From: Octopus bimaculoides
Taxonomy: Eukaryota
Reading direction: 5' to 3'
NCBI RefSeq assembly: GCF_001194135.2
Contig: NC_068992.1
Location: 60,601,126-60,659,057, forward strand
Length of the DNA stretch: 57,932 bases
Every line of letters begins with the position of its first letter. The first letter of the stretch is position 1. Of the stretch, positions 1 to 11,054 are shown piece after piece. Under the pieces are notes generated by a model, which worked only from the letters and a program-made list of their open reading frames with translations, did no database searches and was not told the origin of the DNA. The position numbers were made by a program, and so were the translations under genes.

Positions 1-94
1 TATATATATATATATATATACAGAGAGAGAGGGGAAAGAGTGAGGAAGAGAGAGAGAGAGGGAGAGAGAGAGAGAGAGAGGGGGAGAGAGAGAT

Positions 95-146
<52 letters not shown>

Positions 147-432
147 TGGATATACACGTGCTTGTGTGTATGTATACAGGAATATACTGCACATATAAGA
201 ATATTCATAATGCAATTTGTTATATCCCTTACAATTTCAATCAATAAGACACATTCAAGAGAGAAGTACAACAGTTCATAATTGAGGTGACTATCAACAA
301 TGCAGCCGACTTATAATAGGTGTTAAAAGTTGCACAAGCATGCACACACAGGCATCAATGCATGTACTGAAGCACACGCACACGTAAATATAAATATACA
401 TTTATTTATATACACGCACATACACACACATG

Positions 433-466
<34 letters not shown>

Positions 467-1087
467 NNNNNNNNNNNNNNNNNNNNNNNNNNNNNNNNNN
501 NNNNNNNNNNNNNNNNNNNNNNNNNNNNNNNNNNNNNNNNNNNNNNNNNNNNNNNNNNNNNNNNNNTATATATATGCACTAGGCTGGGCATCATAGGCTT
601 GCTATGAACAAGTGATACTAAAGGTGTAAAATTTTGCATGCATTAATTTTAGCCCTTTTTAATTCTGCATGTTTTCTTTCCACTTAATCTGACTTTTGAA
701 ATAAAAATTCAAAGGTATATATTAGCGACTTCTGATGGAAATGGACAACATTTGTCATCATGGTTTTCTTATGTAACTACAGTCAAAGGGTTTAGCCTTC
801 AAAGACATTCATTGTTGCTATATTAAGTGATGACGCTCCATCTTTAACAATAGTGCAAAAGTAAGCATTTGAATATCCTGCAACTACCACCACTGTGAAC
901 AGAGACAGACGCATTGTTGACTCTCAGACATTTAACTTCGTAGAAGCGCTAAGATATGTCAGCTTGAGGGAGATGGATTTACCCTGCAGGTTTTCACTGC
1001 TGTTTTAGTTTATCGGCTCCACAAGGGTTACATGAAAGTTGATCTTAACTCACCGTGTGCGTATATATGTGTGTATATATATATATG

Positions 1088-1135
<48 letters not shown>

Positions 1136-1340
1136 TATAAATATATATACATGTGTGTGCGTGTGCGCGTGCGTGTGCGTGTGGACTACAGTCCCTATAA
1201 ATATAAATGCTTAAAACTCGATACATTTATATATATTGGCGTACACAGCAATATATATATTTATATGCATGTATATATAAATATAAATATATGCATATAT
1301 ATATAATATATACATATATATACGTATATATATATATATA

Positions 1341-1765
1341 TGTGGCTGTGTGGTAAGTAGCTAGCTTACCAACCACATGGTCCCGGGTTCAGTCCCACTG
1401 CGTGGCATCTTGGGCAAGTGTCTTCTACTATGGCCTCGGNNNNNNNNNNGGGCAGACCAAAGCCTTGTGAGTGGATTTGGTAGACGAAAACTGAAAGAAG
1501 CCCGTCGTATATATGTATATATATATATATATGTATGTGTGTGTATATGTTTGTATGTGTGTGTTTGTCCCCCCTATCATCCCTTGACAACCGATGCTGA
1601 TGTGTTTATGTCCCCGTATTCTAGTAGCGGTTCGGCAAAAGAGATCGATAGAATAAGTACTAGGCTCCTAAAGAAAAGTCCTGGGGTCGATTTGCTCGAC
1701 TAAAGGCGGTGCTCCAGCATGGCCACAGTCAAAAGACTGAAACAAGTAAAAGAAAGAATAGAATA
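1341..1765 (+). mobile_element. SINE family B (tRNA-derived head, CORE-like segment, internal microsatellite), near full length
   Basis: A-box-like TGGCTGTGTGG and B-box-like GGTTCAGTCCC. TTGGGCAAGT resembles the MIR/CORE motif. Internal (TA)n/(TG)n at about 1507-1562 and A-rich end. Many other copies in the window. The resemblance to octopus OR-type SINEs is from recall. Confidence 0.85.
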
Positions 1766-1851
1766 TATATATACATACATACATACATACACGCACACAC
1801 ACAAACACACACACACATACACACACACACACACACACACANNNNNNNNNN

Positions 1852-1889
<38 letters not shown>

Positions 1890-3351
1890 CCATATGCGCA
1901 TCTGTACGTCTTTATATATCTATATATATGTATATCAAATACATATTCATATTTATCAATGTATGTATCAATATATATATAGATATATATGGAAACGGCA
2001 CACATAAATGTATATATTAATGACTGACTAAGTATATATATATATATACACTCACACAAATGTATATTATATATTTATATATACTATACAGACATACATG
2101 CATACATACACACATACACACATACATACATAAAGAATATATATTAGATTATCTAAAATCAACACACGTCCTATGAACCGCCCCGTAACGAAACATCTGT
2201 AACTGATGCCATTTAGATTAACAATTAATTTGGTACTTTATTTTGTATTTCTAAATTGTGGACATATATGTAACCGGTAATATGTAAAAATGAGAATAAG
2301 TATATATGTGTCTTTTTACATAGATTTACACGTAGACACACTCATATGTACAAGCATTTGTAGAAAGGTATGCTTGTGTTATATGCATATGTAAATCTGT
2401 TGTTGATATTCTATGTCAACTTATGGAAAACAAATTCTGCTTCAAAGCATACATGCCTTCGTTGACGTGAGTGTGTGTGTGTATTTGTGTGATTGATCAA
2501 TATATATATATGTGTGGATACATATAAGTTTATGAAATAAATGCAAAATTTTAAGTATACATGCATAAACACATGCACAATCACGCACACACACACACAC
2601 ACACATACACACACATGTATATACATATGTATGTGTGTATTCACGCCTGGAAATGACGTTTAACTTATAAAATACAGAACGATCGTAAGTTTTTAGGACT
2701 GATTATTACTTAAAAAATGAATAGTAAACTTGACTATACTATTTTTTCTCACCAGCTGACCTGTCAACTAGTCAGCTTGATCCGAAATTGAAATCACGTC
2801 CACGGGAAATCCATGAACATATTCACAAAGATACAGACAAGCGGTGTGTTTGTGTATTTGTGTGTGTGTATGTTTTCTTCGTATTAATTGAAATTCTCTT
2901 TTTGAATGGAAGATTTAATGCATCCTACCTCTTAATTTACGACTCACTTAGTAGTTGTTTGCCTTTAGCGGGATACACTTTGTTGCAAACTTAACTTTCC
3001 GCCTACTTCTTTTCCTCTTTTGGGTGACGCGATCGCACGTTCTAGCGACATCCCACCAACAGTCGAGAGAATCCATTTCTTTCTCCCAATTGATATCTTT
3101 TTATTCTTCATCAGTGGTTGGCCACATCTTGATTTCACCAGTCCTAAGATTTTGTAAAGTAGTACTTCGTGTTAAGTTGCGTTTACTTATTCCTAGTTAA
3201 ACTGGCTCCAATCGGATTCACCACGTTATTACTTTGGAGAAATCTTCAGTTTCTCAACTCAGGAATTTTATAGAATGGAACAATTATTTAATGACAATTC
3301 TTAATTATTAGCTCAAAAAATATACTGTATTTATTATATTAAATAGCAGGT

Positions 3352-3358
3352 CTTCTAC

Positions 3359-3411
<53 letters not shown>

Positions 3412-3492
3412 CGTCTGTCTGTCTGTCTGTCTATCCATCTATCTTTCTATTTCTCTGTCTATCTATCTACCTATCTATCTATCTATCTATTT
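3352..3492. repeat. (ATCT)n/(GTCT)n compound microsatellite, left of the LINE
   Basis: Direct reading. The array resumes at 4300-4427 to the right of the LINE. Confidence 0.95.
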
Positions 3493-3498
3493 ACCAAG

Positions 3499-3987
3499 TG
3501 TTATCGAGAAGCTTTACCTGTTCGGGATAACCTCTACAGGCACGGTTTGAGACACACCGGACCAGTTTGCCCGAGATGTGGTCAGAGCGACGAAACCGTT
3601 CTGCACGCACTCGTGCAGTGTCCAACCATTTCGGCCCAGTGGGCTTATGCCGAACGGCTGCTGTCACGTGTGGGACGAATCCGCCTATCGGCCGAGTCTG
3701 TTAATGCAATTTCACCGCCACCTTCCCTCAACCGGGAAGGCAAGGCAGTCTTCATCGTACTGGTGACCATGGCGAAAGAATGTGTGTGGTGGGCTGGGCC
3801 GAAAGGATTAGAGACAAACACTTACCTCTCTGACCAATTGCTCATCAACTTTTTCAAGTATCACTTGAAAAGGAAAGTGAGAATGGAGAGGCAGGTTTTG
3901 TCTCGTGAAAGTTTCAAAAAAAGATGGGCGTATGTAGAAAAGATGGTGCGTGCGAGGGTCGAAACCACTTTGAGCGTGATCCTGTAA
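3499..3987 (+). pseudogene. Truncated LINE ORF2 fragment (162 codons, zinc-knuckle region, no RT catalytic core)
   Basis: Uninterrupted frame that begins exactly at the TSD junction and has no start codon of its own. Corresponds to ORF-track entry 3547..3987. Confidence 0.85.
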
Positions 3988-4297
3988 ATCGAAAAAAGAG
4001 AGAGAGTGAGCACTTTGCTCTCATGTGTTTATTCCCTCCCTGCCTGAGGTTCCGTGGTCTCTTCCGTAGGCTTTTTTTTTTCCACGGATAAACCTAATCT
4101 TGCTCCTTACATTTAAAAAATTTCTTCTGTGATACACGATCCCTTTTGATTGCCTTCCCCCCACCGACCCTTTTGATCGGAATTTTACTTTCTTTTTCTC
4201 CTTTTTTTCCCTTTTTCTTTTTCATTTTCGAAAAGAAAAGTTCTACATTTGTATTTGTCGCCTCTGTGTCCAGCCCTGTGTGGCCAATAAAGAAAGT
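3499..4297 (+). mobile_element. 5'-truncated L1/Tx1-type non-LTR retrotransposon (ORF2 C-terminus plus 3' UTR)
   Basis: Frame open from 3499 to stop at 3987. It reads [16 protein letters not shown]...CPRCGQSDETVLHALVQCP, a CCHC zinc knuckle (zf-RVT type) typical of L1/Tx1 ORF2 ends. T-rich 3' UTR ends ...CCAATAAAGAAAGT. Identical 15-mer TATCTATTTACCAAG at 3484-3498 and 4298-4312 is the TSD. Confidence 0.9.
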
Positions 4298-4335
4298 TAT
4301 CTATTTACCAAGCTATCTATCTATTTATCTGTCTG

Positions 4336-4398
<63 letters not shown>

Positions 4399-5159
4399 GT
4401 CTGCCTGTCTGTCTGTCTGTCTGTCTCTTGTATATATACACATGTATTTTGTTTTAATTTTAAAAATGTATACACTTGCAAAAAGGTTTTTCTTCAATTG
4501 AAAACTAATAATTTTATAAAAGTGTTCAAAACTAGATTAACATTAAGCTTCTTTCCAGTTTACACACTATATATACGTGTGTGTGTGTGNNNNNNNNNNN
4601 NNNNNNNNNNNNNNNNNNNNNNNNNNNNNNNNNNNNNNNNNNNNNNNNNNNNNNNNNNNNNNNNNNNNNNNNNNNNNNNNNNNNNNNNNNNNNNNNNNNN
4701 NNNNNNNNNNNNNNNNNNNNNNNNNNNNNNNNNNNNNNNNNNNNNNNNNNNNNNNNNNNNNNNNNNNNNNNNNNNNNNNNNNNNNNNNNNNNNNNNNNNN
4801 NNNNNNNNNNNNNNNNNNNNNNNNNNNNNNNNNNNNNNNNNNNNNNNNNNNNNNNNNNNNNNNNNNNNNNNNNNNNNNNNNNNNNNNNNNNNNNNNNNNN
4901 NNNNNNNNNNNNNNNNNNNNNNNNNNNNNNNNNNNNNNNNNNNNNNNNNNNNNNNNNNNNNNNNNNNNNNNNNNNNNNNNNNNNNNNNNNNNNNNNNNNN
5001 NNNNNNNNNNNNNNNNNNNNNNNNNNNNNNNNNNNNNNNNNNNNNNNNNNNNNNNNNNNNNNNNNNNNNNNNNNNNNNNNNNNNNNNNNNNNNNGTGTGT
5101 GTGTGTGTGTGTGTGCGTGTGTGTTTCTTATTTTAGTCTTTGAAATGCGGATATGAATG

Positions 5160-5335
5160 ATGCGACACCGCCTCGAAGAATTTGGTCGAGCTAATCAACA
5201 TCAGTACTTCTTGGTAAGTCTGTTCACACTCCAAGGGGCTCACTTTTCCGAGTCCATTAAGTGTTAAGGATGTAAACTAGCCAACACCGGTTGACAAACC
5301 GTGGAGTCACAAACAATAGAAACAGACACACACAC

Positions 5336-5400
<65 letters not shown>

Positions 5401-5565
5401 CAGATATGAATAAATATACCACTTGCATCTTTTCAGTTTCCGTCTTGCAAATCCACTCGTAAAGTTTTAACTGGTCACGGGTTATTCTGGAAGACATCTG
5501 CACAAAGTGCCACGCAATGTGACAGAGCCCACGGTCACATGTTTGGGAAACTAGCTCCTTAACTG
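5160..5565 (-). mobile_element. SINE family B, diverged, with internal (GATA)n
   Basis: GAAGACATCTGCACAAAGTGCCACGCAATG matches the reverse complement of the family B head. 5160-5320 matches the reverse complement of the 3' half of the 1341 copy. Confidence 0.65.
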
Positions 5566-6120
5566 TACAGCTGCAAGTTCACTTACACATTTGTTTCATT
5601 TATATCAGCTTAAAACAAGAAATATATTTTCATGAATGCACTTTATTATCAAGAGTAACAAAATTGGCATTCATAGACAATAGGCATTCATGGACATATG
5701 GATTACAAATTGAATAGAGACATATCATGTTGATTAATATAACCTTTCGTAAGTACAATGTCAATTCTAGACATGTTTTGACTATAAAATTTAGTTTTCT
5801 TCCGTCGGATCTGGTAAGAAAATATTCGAAATTATAAAAGTGGTTGCCGATGAAAACTCTCGTCCTGAAATATGATATAAAGTGACATTCTTCTTATCAA
5901 GTGACCATCAGCAAGAGCAACCATTTACATATGGAGTTGAAGTTTTGAATGCCAAAGCCATCCAGTTCCTATCGATCGCTGCAGGGAAATACATGGCTAC
6001 CTTGCATTACATACTGATTAGCGAGAGTAGCTGGAACAAAGATATGTGGTGGTGAGATGTCAAGTGTGGCTCTGAAGATACAAGATGGGGGACATCTATA
6101 TTTTAATATTTATTTAACGC

Positions 6121-6553
6121 TAAGGCGGCGAGCTGGCAGAAACGTTAGGACGCCGGGCGAAATGCTTAGCGGTATTTCGTCTGTCTTCGTGTTCTGAGTT
6201 CAAATTCCGCCGATGTCGATTTTGTCTTTCATCCTTTCGGGGTCGATAAATTAAGTACCAATTACGCACTGGAGTCGATATAATCGACTTAATACCTTTG
6301 TCTGTCCTTGTTTGTCCCCTCTGTGTTTAGCCCATTGTGGGCAATAAAGAAATAAGAAACGTTAGCACACCAGGCGAAATGTTTAGCGGTATTTCGTCAG
6401 TCTTTATGTTCTGAGTTCAAATTCTGCCGAGGTCGACTTCGCCTTTCGAGATCGATTAAATAAGTACCAGTCACACACTGGCGTTAATGTAATCGACTTA
6501 ATCCCTGTGTTTGTCCATTCTATGTTTTGCTCCCTGTGGGCAATGAAGAAATA
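6121..6553 (+). mobile_element. SINE family A head-to-tail dimer (6121-6355 full, 6354-6553 5'-truncated) with LINE-like tail
   Basis: Head GGCGGCGAGCTGGCAGAAACGTTAG and B-box GAGTTCAAATTCC (6196-6208). Both units end in TGTGGGCAAT(A/G)AAGAAATA. Confidence 0.88.
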
Positions 6554-7000
6554 CATATTTATTTCATTACTATTTTCCACTTGGATACAAAAATATCATG
6601 AAAATATCGCAGACACATACTGCAAAAAAGTCATGATAGAAGACGTTGCGTACAGTATGTTCAAGTCATTATTGTAACGAATGTGATACTAAACGAAAGT
6701 AGATATGGAAACATAATAAATCGAATTAAGATTTAAAGCTCTAGTAGTGACAGGAAAAAGAGACAGAAATCTATATTCATTCGTAAAAGGAACAACTAGG
6801 CTATTGCTGCTCTGTGTGTGCGTGTCGGTTTATGTGTGTGTTTGTTTTTATACATTAAGGTTTGCTTAAGAATTTATATGAATAGTGATTTCATGTTTGT
6901 ATAGAATTTTGTAATTTAATAGAAGATCATTTGTTTGAAAATGAATTTACAGGTTCGTGTAATATATGGCAACGTAAACAATTTTTAAAATATTATTGTT

Positions 7001-7031
7001 AATAATAATAATAATGATAATAATAATAATG

Positions 7032-7117
<86 letters not shown>
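7001..7117. repeat. (AAT)n microsatellite
   Basis: Direct reading. Confidence 0.97.
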
Positions 7118-7440
7118 CGGTTCAACATCGAATAAATGAAATATTAGGAGAAATGGAATAAAACATCTATTCATAAAATTATAAGGAGCTTTATGTTATT
7201 AAATGACTCTAGAAATCTGATGATTCCTTGAAACCGATTACAATTAATAACTGGCATTGATTTGCGCAGTTAAGAGACGCAAAATGAAAATATGAAGTAA
7301 ATTAATTTCTATGTAATAAGCCACAAAAGATTATTAATTTCTATGTTGTATTAAAAGAGAGAAAAGTATATTTTAACAAAAGTTAATGACAATCACCTAA
7401 AATTCATTCCGTCATATATATATACACGCACAAACACACA

Positions 7441-8126
7441 CACACACACACACGCATATGTATGTATGCACAGAAAGAGAGAGAGACAGTGAGTGTGTGT
7501 GTGAGAGAGAGGTAAAAATACATAGATATACATATACATATCNNNNNNNNNNNNNNNNNNTGTATGTATGTATGTATATTATTGCAAAATTAAATAAAAA
7601 GCAAGGGAACAGGAATTAAGAAACGAACTTCATTAGCTTACTGCTGCTTCGGCGCCACGATGCAAAGCATTCAGAGCCGAGTGTTTGTGCATCATCTTAT
7701 GGATTCCTCATATATTGCTTGATTTTTAAAATGACGCATGTATATATACATACATACATACATNNNNNNNNNNACACACACACGCATATGTATGTATGCA
7801 CAGAAAGAGAGAGAGACAGTGAGTGTGTGTGTGAGAGAGAGGTAAAAATACATAGATATACATATACATATCGAGCTATCAATACACACTCAGAATCACA
7901 TACATATATGTATGAATGTATGTATGTATATTATTGCAAAATTAAATAAAAAGCAAGGGAACAGGAATTAAGAAACGAACTTCATTAGCTTACTGCTGCT
8001 TCGGCGCCACGATGCAAAGCATTCAGAGCCGAGTGTTTGTGCATCATCTTATGGATTCCTCATATATTGCTTGATTTTTAAAATGACGCATGTATATATA
8101 CATACATACATATATATATATATATA
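7441..8126. repeat. Near-identical tandem duplication (offset about 352 bp) across a 10-N gap, probably an assembly artefact
   Basis: About 185 bp of non-microsatellite sequence (7576-7760 vs 7927-8110) reads identically in both copies, which are separated by N at 7764-7773. Confidence 0.8.
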
Positions 8127-9399
8127 NNNNNNNNNNNNNNNNNNNNNNNNNNNNNNNNNNNNNNNNNNNNNNNNNNNNNNNNNNNNNNNNNNNNNNNNNN
8201 NNNNNNNNNNNNNNNNNNNNNNNNNNNNNNNNNNNNNNNNNNNNNNNNNNNNNNNNNNNNNNNNNNNNNNNNNNNNNNNNNNNNNNNNNNNNNNNNNNNN
8301 NNNNNNNNNNNNNNNNNNNNNNNNNNNNNNNNNNNNNNNNNNNNNNNNNNNNNNNNNNNNNNNNNNNNNNNNNNNNNNNNNNNNNNNNNNNNNNNNNNNN
8401 NNNNNNNNNNNNNNNNNNNNNNNNNNNNNNNNNNNNNNNNNNNNNNNNNNNNNNNNNNNNNNNNNNNNNNNNNNNNNNNNNNNNNNNNNNNNNNNNNNNN
8501 NNNNNNNNNNNNNNNNNNNNNNNNNNNNNNNNNNNNNNNNNNNNNNNNNNNNNNNNNNNNNNNNNNNNNNNNNNNNNNNNNNNNNNNNNNNNNNNNNNNN
8601 NNNNNNNNNNNNNNNNNNNNNNNNNNNNNNNNNNNNNNNNNNNNNNNNNNNNNNNNNNNNNNNNNNNNNNNNNNNNNNNNNNNNNNNNNNNNNNNNNNNN
8701 NNNNNNNNNNNNNNNNNNNNNNNNNNNNNNNNNNNNNNNNNNNNNNNNNNNNNNNNNNNNNNNNNNNNNNNNNNNNNNNNNNNNNNNNNNNNNNNNNNNN
8801 NNNNNNNNNNNNNNNAAGGCTAACAATGCATTATCATAGGATTTACGGAAAGTAGAGTGTGCCGAAAATTTTCTTTGTTGAATTTACGTAACCACTTTAA
8901 ACAGGTCGGAGCACAATATAACAATATTTAGATGAGGGTACTCGGCCTTTGGTGGTCAGATTTTTCTTGGATATAAAGGGTTCTCTGATTGACCCTTAAT
9001 GGAAACCTTCCTGTGTTATGAAAACGATTATTCATGTATTCATAAATGAATATATTATTTGTATTAAGTGCACTTTTTTTCATTCCCTTTTTTCTCCCTC
9101 CTCATCACAATTTATGTAAACCTTCACACTATATGCAACTTTTGTTTTTGTAATGTTCCTTTTATCAGACAACGCAGTGGTAAATAAAACAAATATGTGA
9201 TATGAATAATACGATGTTTATCCGAATTAGTTGTTATTTTGTGTATGCTGGTGCGGGACGGATCGGTCTGTTTTCATATTGACCTTGCTTCGATGGTACG
9301 TTTACATGTGATATTAAGTTGCTAAAATACTGTAAACATTTGTAATACATCAATTATAGGTAATAACGATCGATAAATTTTACAGAGTACATATTGCCT

Positions 9400-10265
9400 C
9401 ACAACATTTTTGTCAATCTACTCACGCTGATCTGTCGTTCTTTAAACGTTATTAGTCAACAGTTTCGAAGCAATCCATCAACAACAAACTTAACTACGGC
9501 TGAGAATTTACTTGTCTCTCTTCATCCATTTAACATGTCATCTTTTCTTACAACTGTCAAACGCACCTCATCGCTATCAGTAACTTACTACCTTGAGTAA
9601 TACATCTTCTTCCGTACAGCGCTCTGAATTTAACGACCCTCTTTGTTGTCAGCAACATACTGCCTTAAAATCTCTACATTCTTTTTCTCCACAGTTTTCT
9701 ACATCAATAATTCCATTTTTTTCTATCACTTCTGCTGAGATTCAATCTGTCTACATCTACCTGTGAGTGTAAGGTCCTGAATATTTTCAGCTATTACCTT
9801 GTTTTATTTCAGTCTTGCACCTGATGGTAGATATAGATCTCATGACGTTTATGCTACTGAGTTAGAGTATTAGCATTCTGTTTATCCTCCAGAAATATAA
9901 CTTCTTGATTTACTTTTCATTGTTTTATCATTTATATCATTAGCTTTCAATATTCCCAGATACATATATCCATCAACTGTATCAATCTCCCCTACTTTTT
10001 TTCTCGTTCGATAAATTTATTCTATTACTTGCACCGTAATTCTCTTTCTTCATCATAAGGCGTCTGCAATGGATATAATGCAGATTCCGTTTTGATATTA
10101 TTGCTAAACACTTTCACATTACTGACAATGGTATTTAATTCCAGCTCAAACTTACTATATAAATTTTGTCATCCACGTATAGCAGACAGATAACTGCCTC
10201 TCGATTTTTTTCCTTGGTTGTATCCAGCTCTTTTGCTATTCTTACTTCTGAACAGAGCATTTTAT
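9400..10265 (-). mobile_element. Decayed R4/Dong-like non-LTR retrotransposon RT fragment
   Basis: Minus-strand translation, with frameshifts and stops, gives LLYVDD (YVDD at 10168-10179), GYMYLGILKANDI and TLHSQVDVDRLNLSRSDRKNGIIDVENC. These follow the order and sequence of R4-clade motifs HLLFMDDLKLY / GYKYLGILEAD / LHPKSDVDRLYLPRKEGGRGL. Confidence 0.75.
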
Positions 10266-10287
10266 GTTATAATAATTCTCCTGGTTC

Positions 10288-10570
10288 CTCCGTTACTTAG
10301 CCCGTCCGTAACGCTTTCACATGATTAGTTGAAGGTGGAGGGAAAGGAGAAATGCAATAGGGAGGGGAGAAAGGGAGAGGTGGTGTTGAGTGAAATGAAT
10401 AATTTTTCCTTTTAACTAAGCTTTTTCTCCGTTACTTAGCATCTGTAACGCATTCACGTATTTAGTTGAAGGGAAAGGCGAAGAGGGAGAGAAAAAGAGG
10501 GAGAAAGAAACAAAGAGAAAAGGAGGGTAAGGGGAAGAGTGAGAGAGAAAGAGGGAGAGTGCCCTCTTTC
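10288..10570. repeat. Two diverged direct repeats of about 48 bp, each followed by a GA-rich tract
   Basis: CTCCGTTACTTAGC...GTAACGC(T/A)TTCAC...TTAGTTGAAGG at 10288-10335 and 10427-10472. Confidence 0.75.
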
Positions 10571-10826
10571 TCTATAAAAGTCTATAAAATTGTGCATGAA
10601 GTATATAAAGTGTATATATAAAGTGCATTAAGTAATCATTGAATTCCAATTTCCTTCACTTTTCAATGAATAGCAGATGAGTGACTATCTTTTGATACAG
10701 ACACAACACAGGCTATGCTTTCAAGTTTCTTGGATAAAGTTTTCAGAAACAAACCAATAGGTTTACCATTAAGTCCGAGAAATATTCACCGGTCCCGCTA
10801 GTTATCGTCATCATCATCATCATCAT

Positions 10827-11011
10827 TAAGGCGGCGAGTTGGTAAAATCGTTAACACGCAGAGCAAAATGCTTAGCGGTATTTCGCCCGTCTTTACGCTG
10901 AGAGTTCAAATTCCGCCTTTCATCCTTTTGGGGTCGATAAATTCAGTACCAGCTGCATACTGGGTCAATCTAATCGATTGGCCCCTCCCCCAAAATTTCG
11001 GGACTTGTGTA

Positions 11012-11054
<43 letters not shown>
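10827..11054 (+). mobile_element. SINE family A, alternative-tail type, with (TTA)n tail
   Basis: Same head and body as 6121 with a short internal deletion. It ends GGCCCCTCCCCCAAAATTTCGGGACTTGTG followed by (TTA)n, and is preceded by (TCA)n. Confidence 0.88.

Noticed and set aside
579-1030. CTAGGCTGGGCA as a hAT-like end with a possible transposase remnant
   Set aside because: No partner TIR and no convincing motif in translation.
5876-6055. 59-codon open frame (YKVTFFLSSDHQQEQPFTYG...)
   Set aside because: No recognisable domain or convincing splice sites, and an in-frame stop lies immediately upstream.
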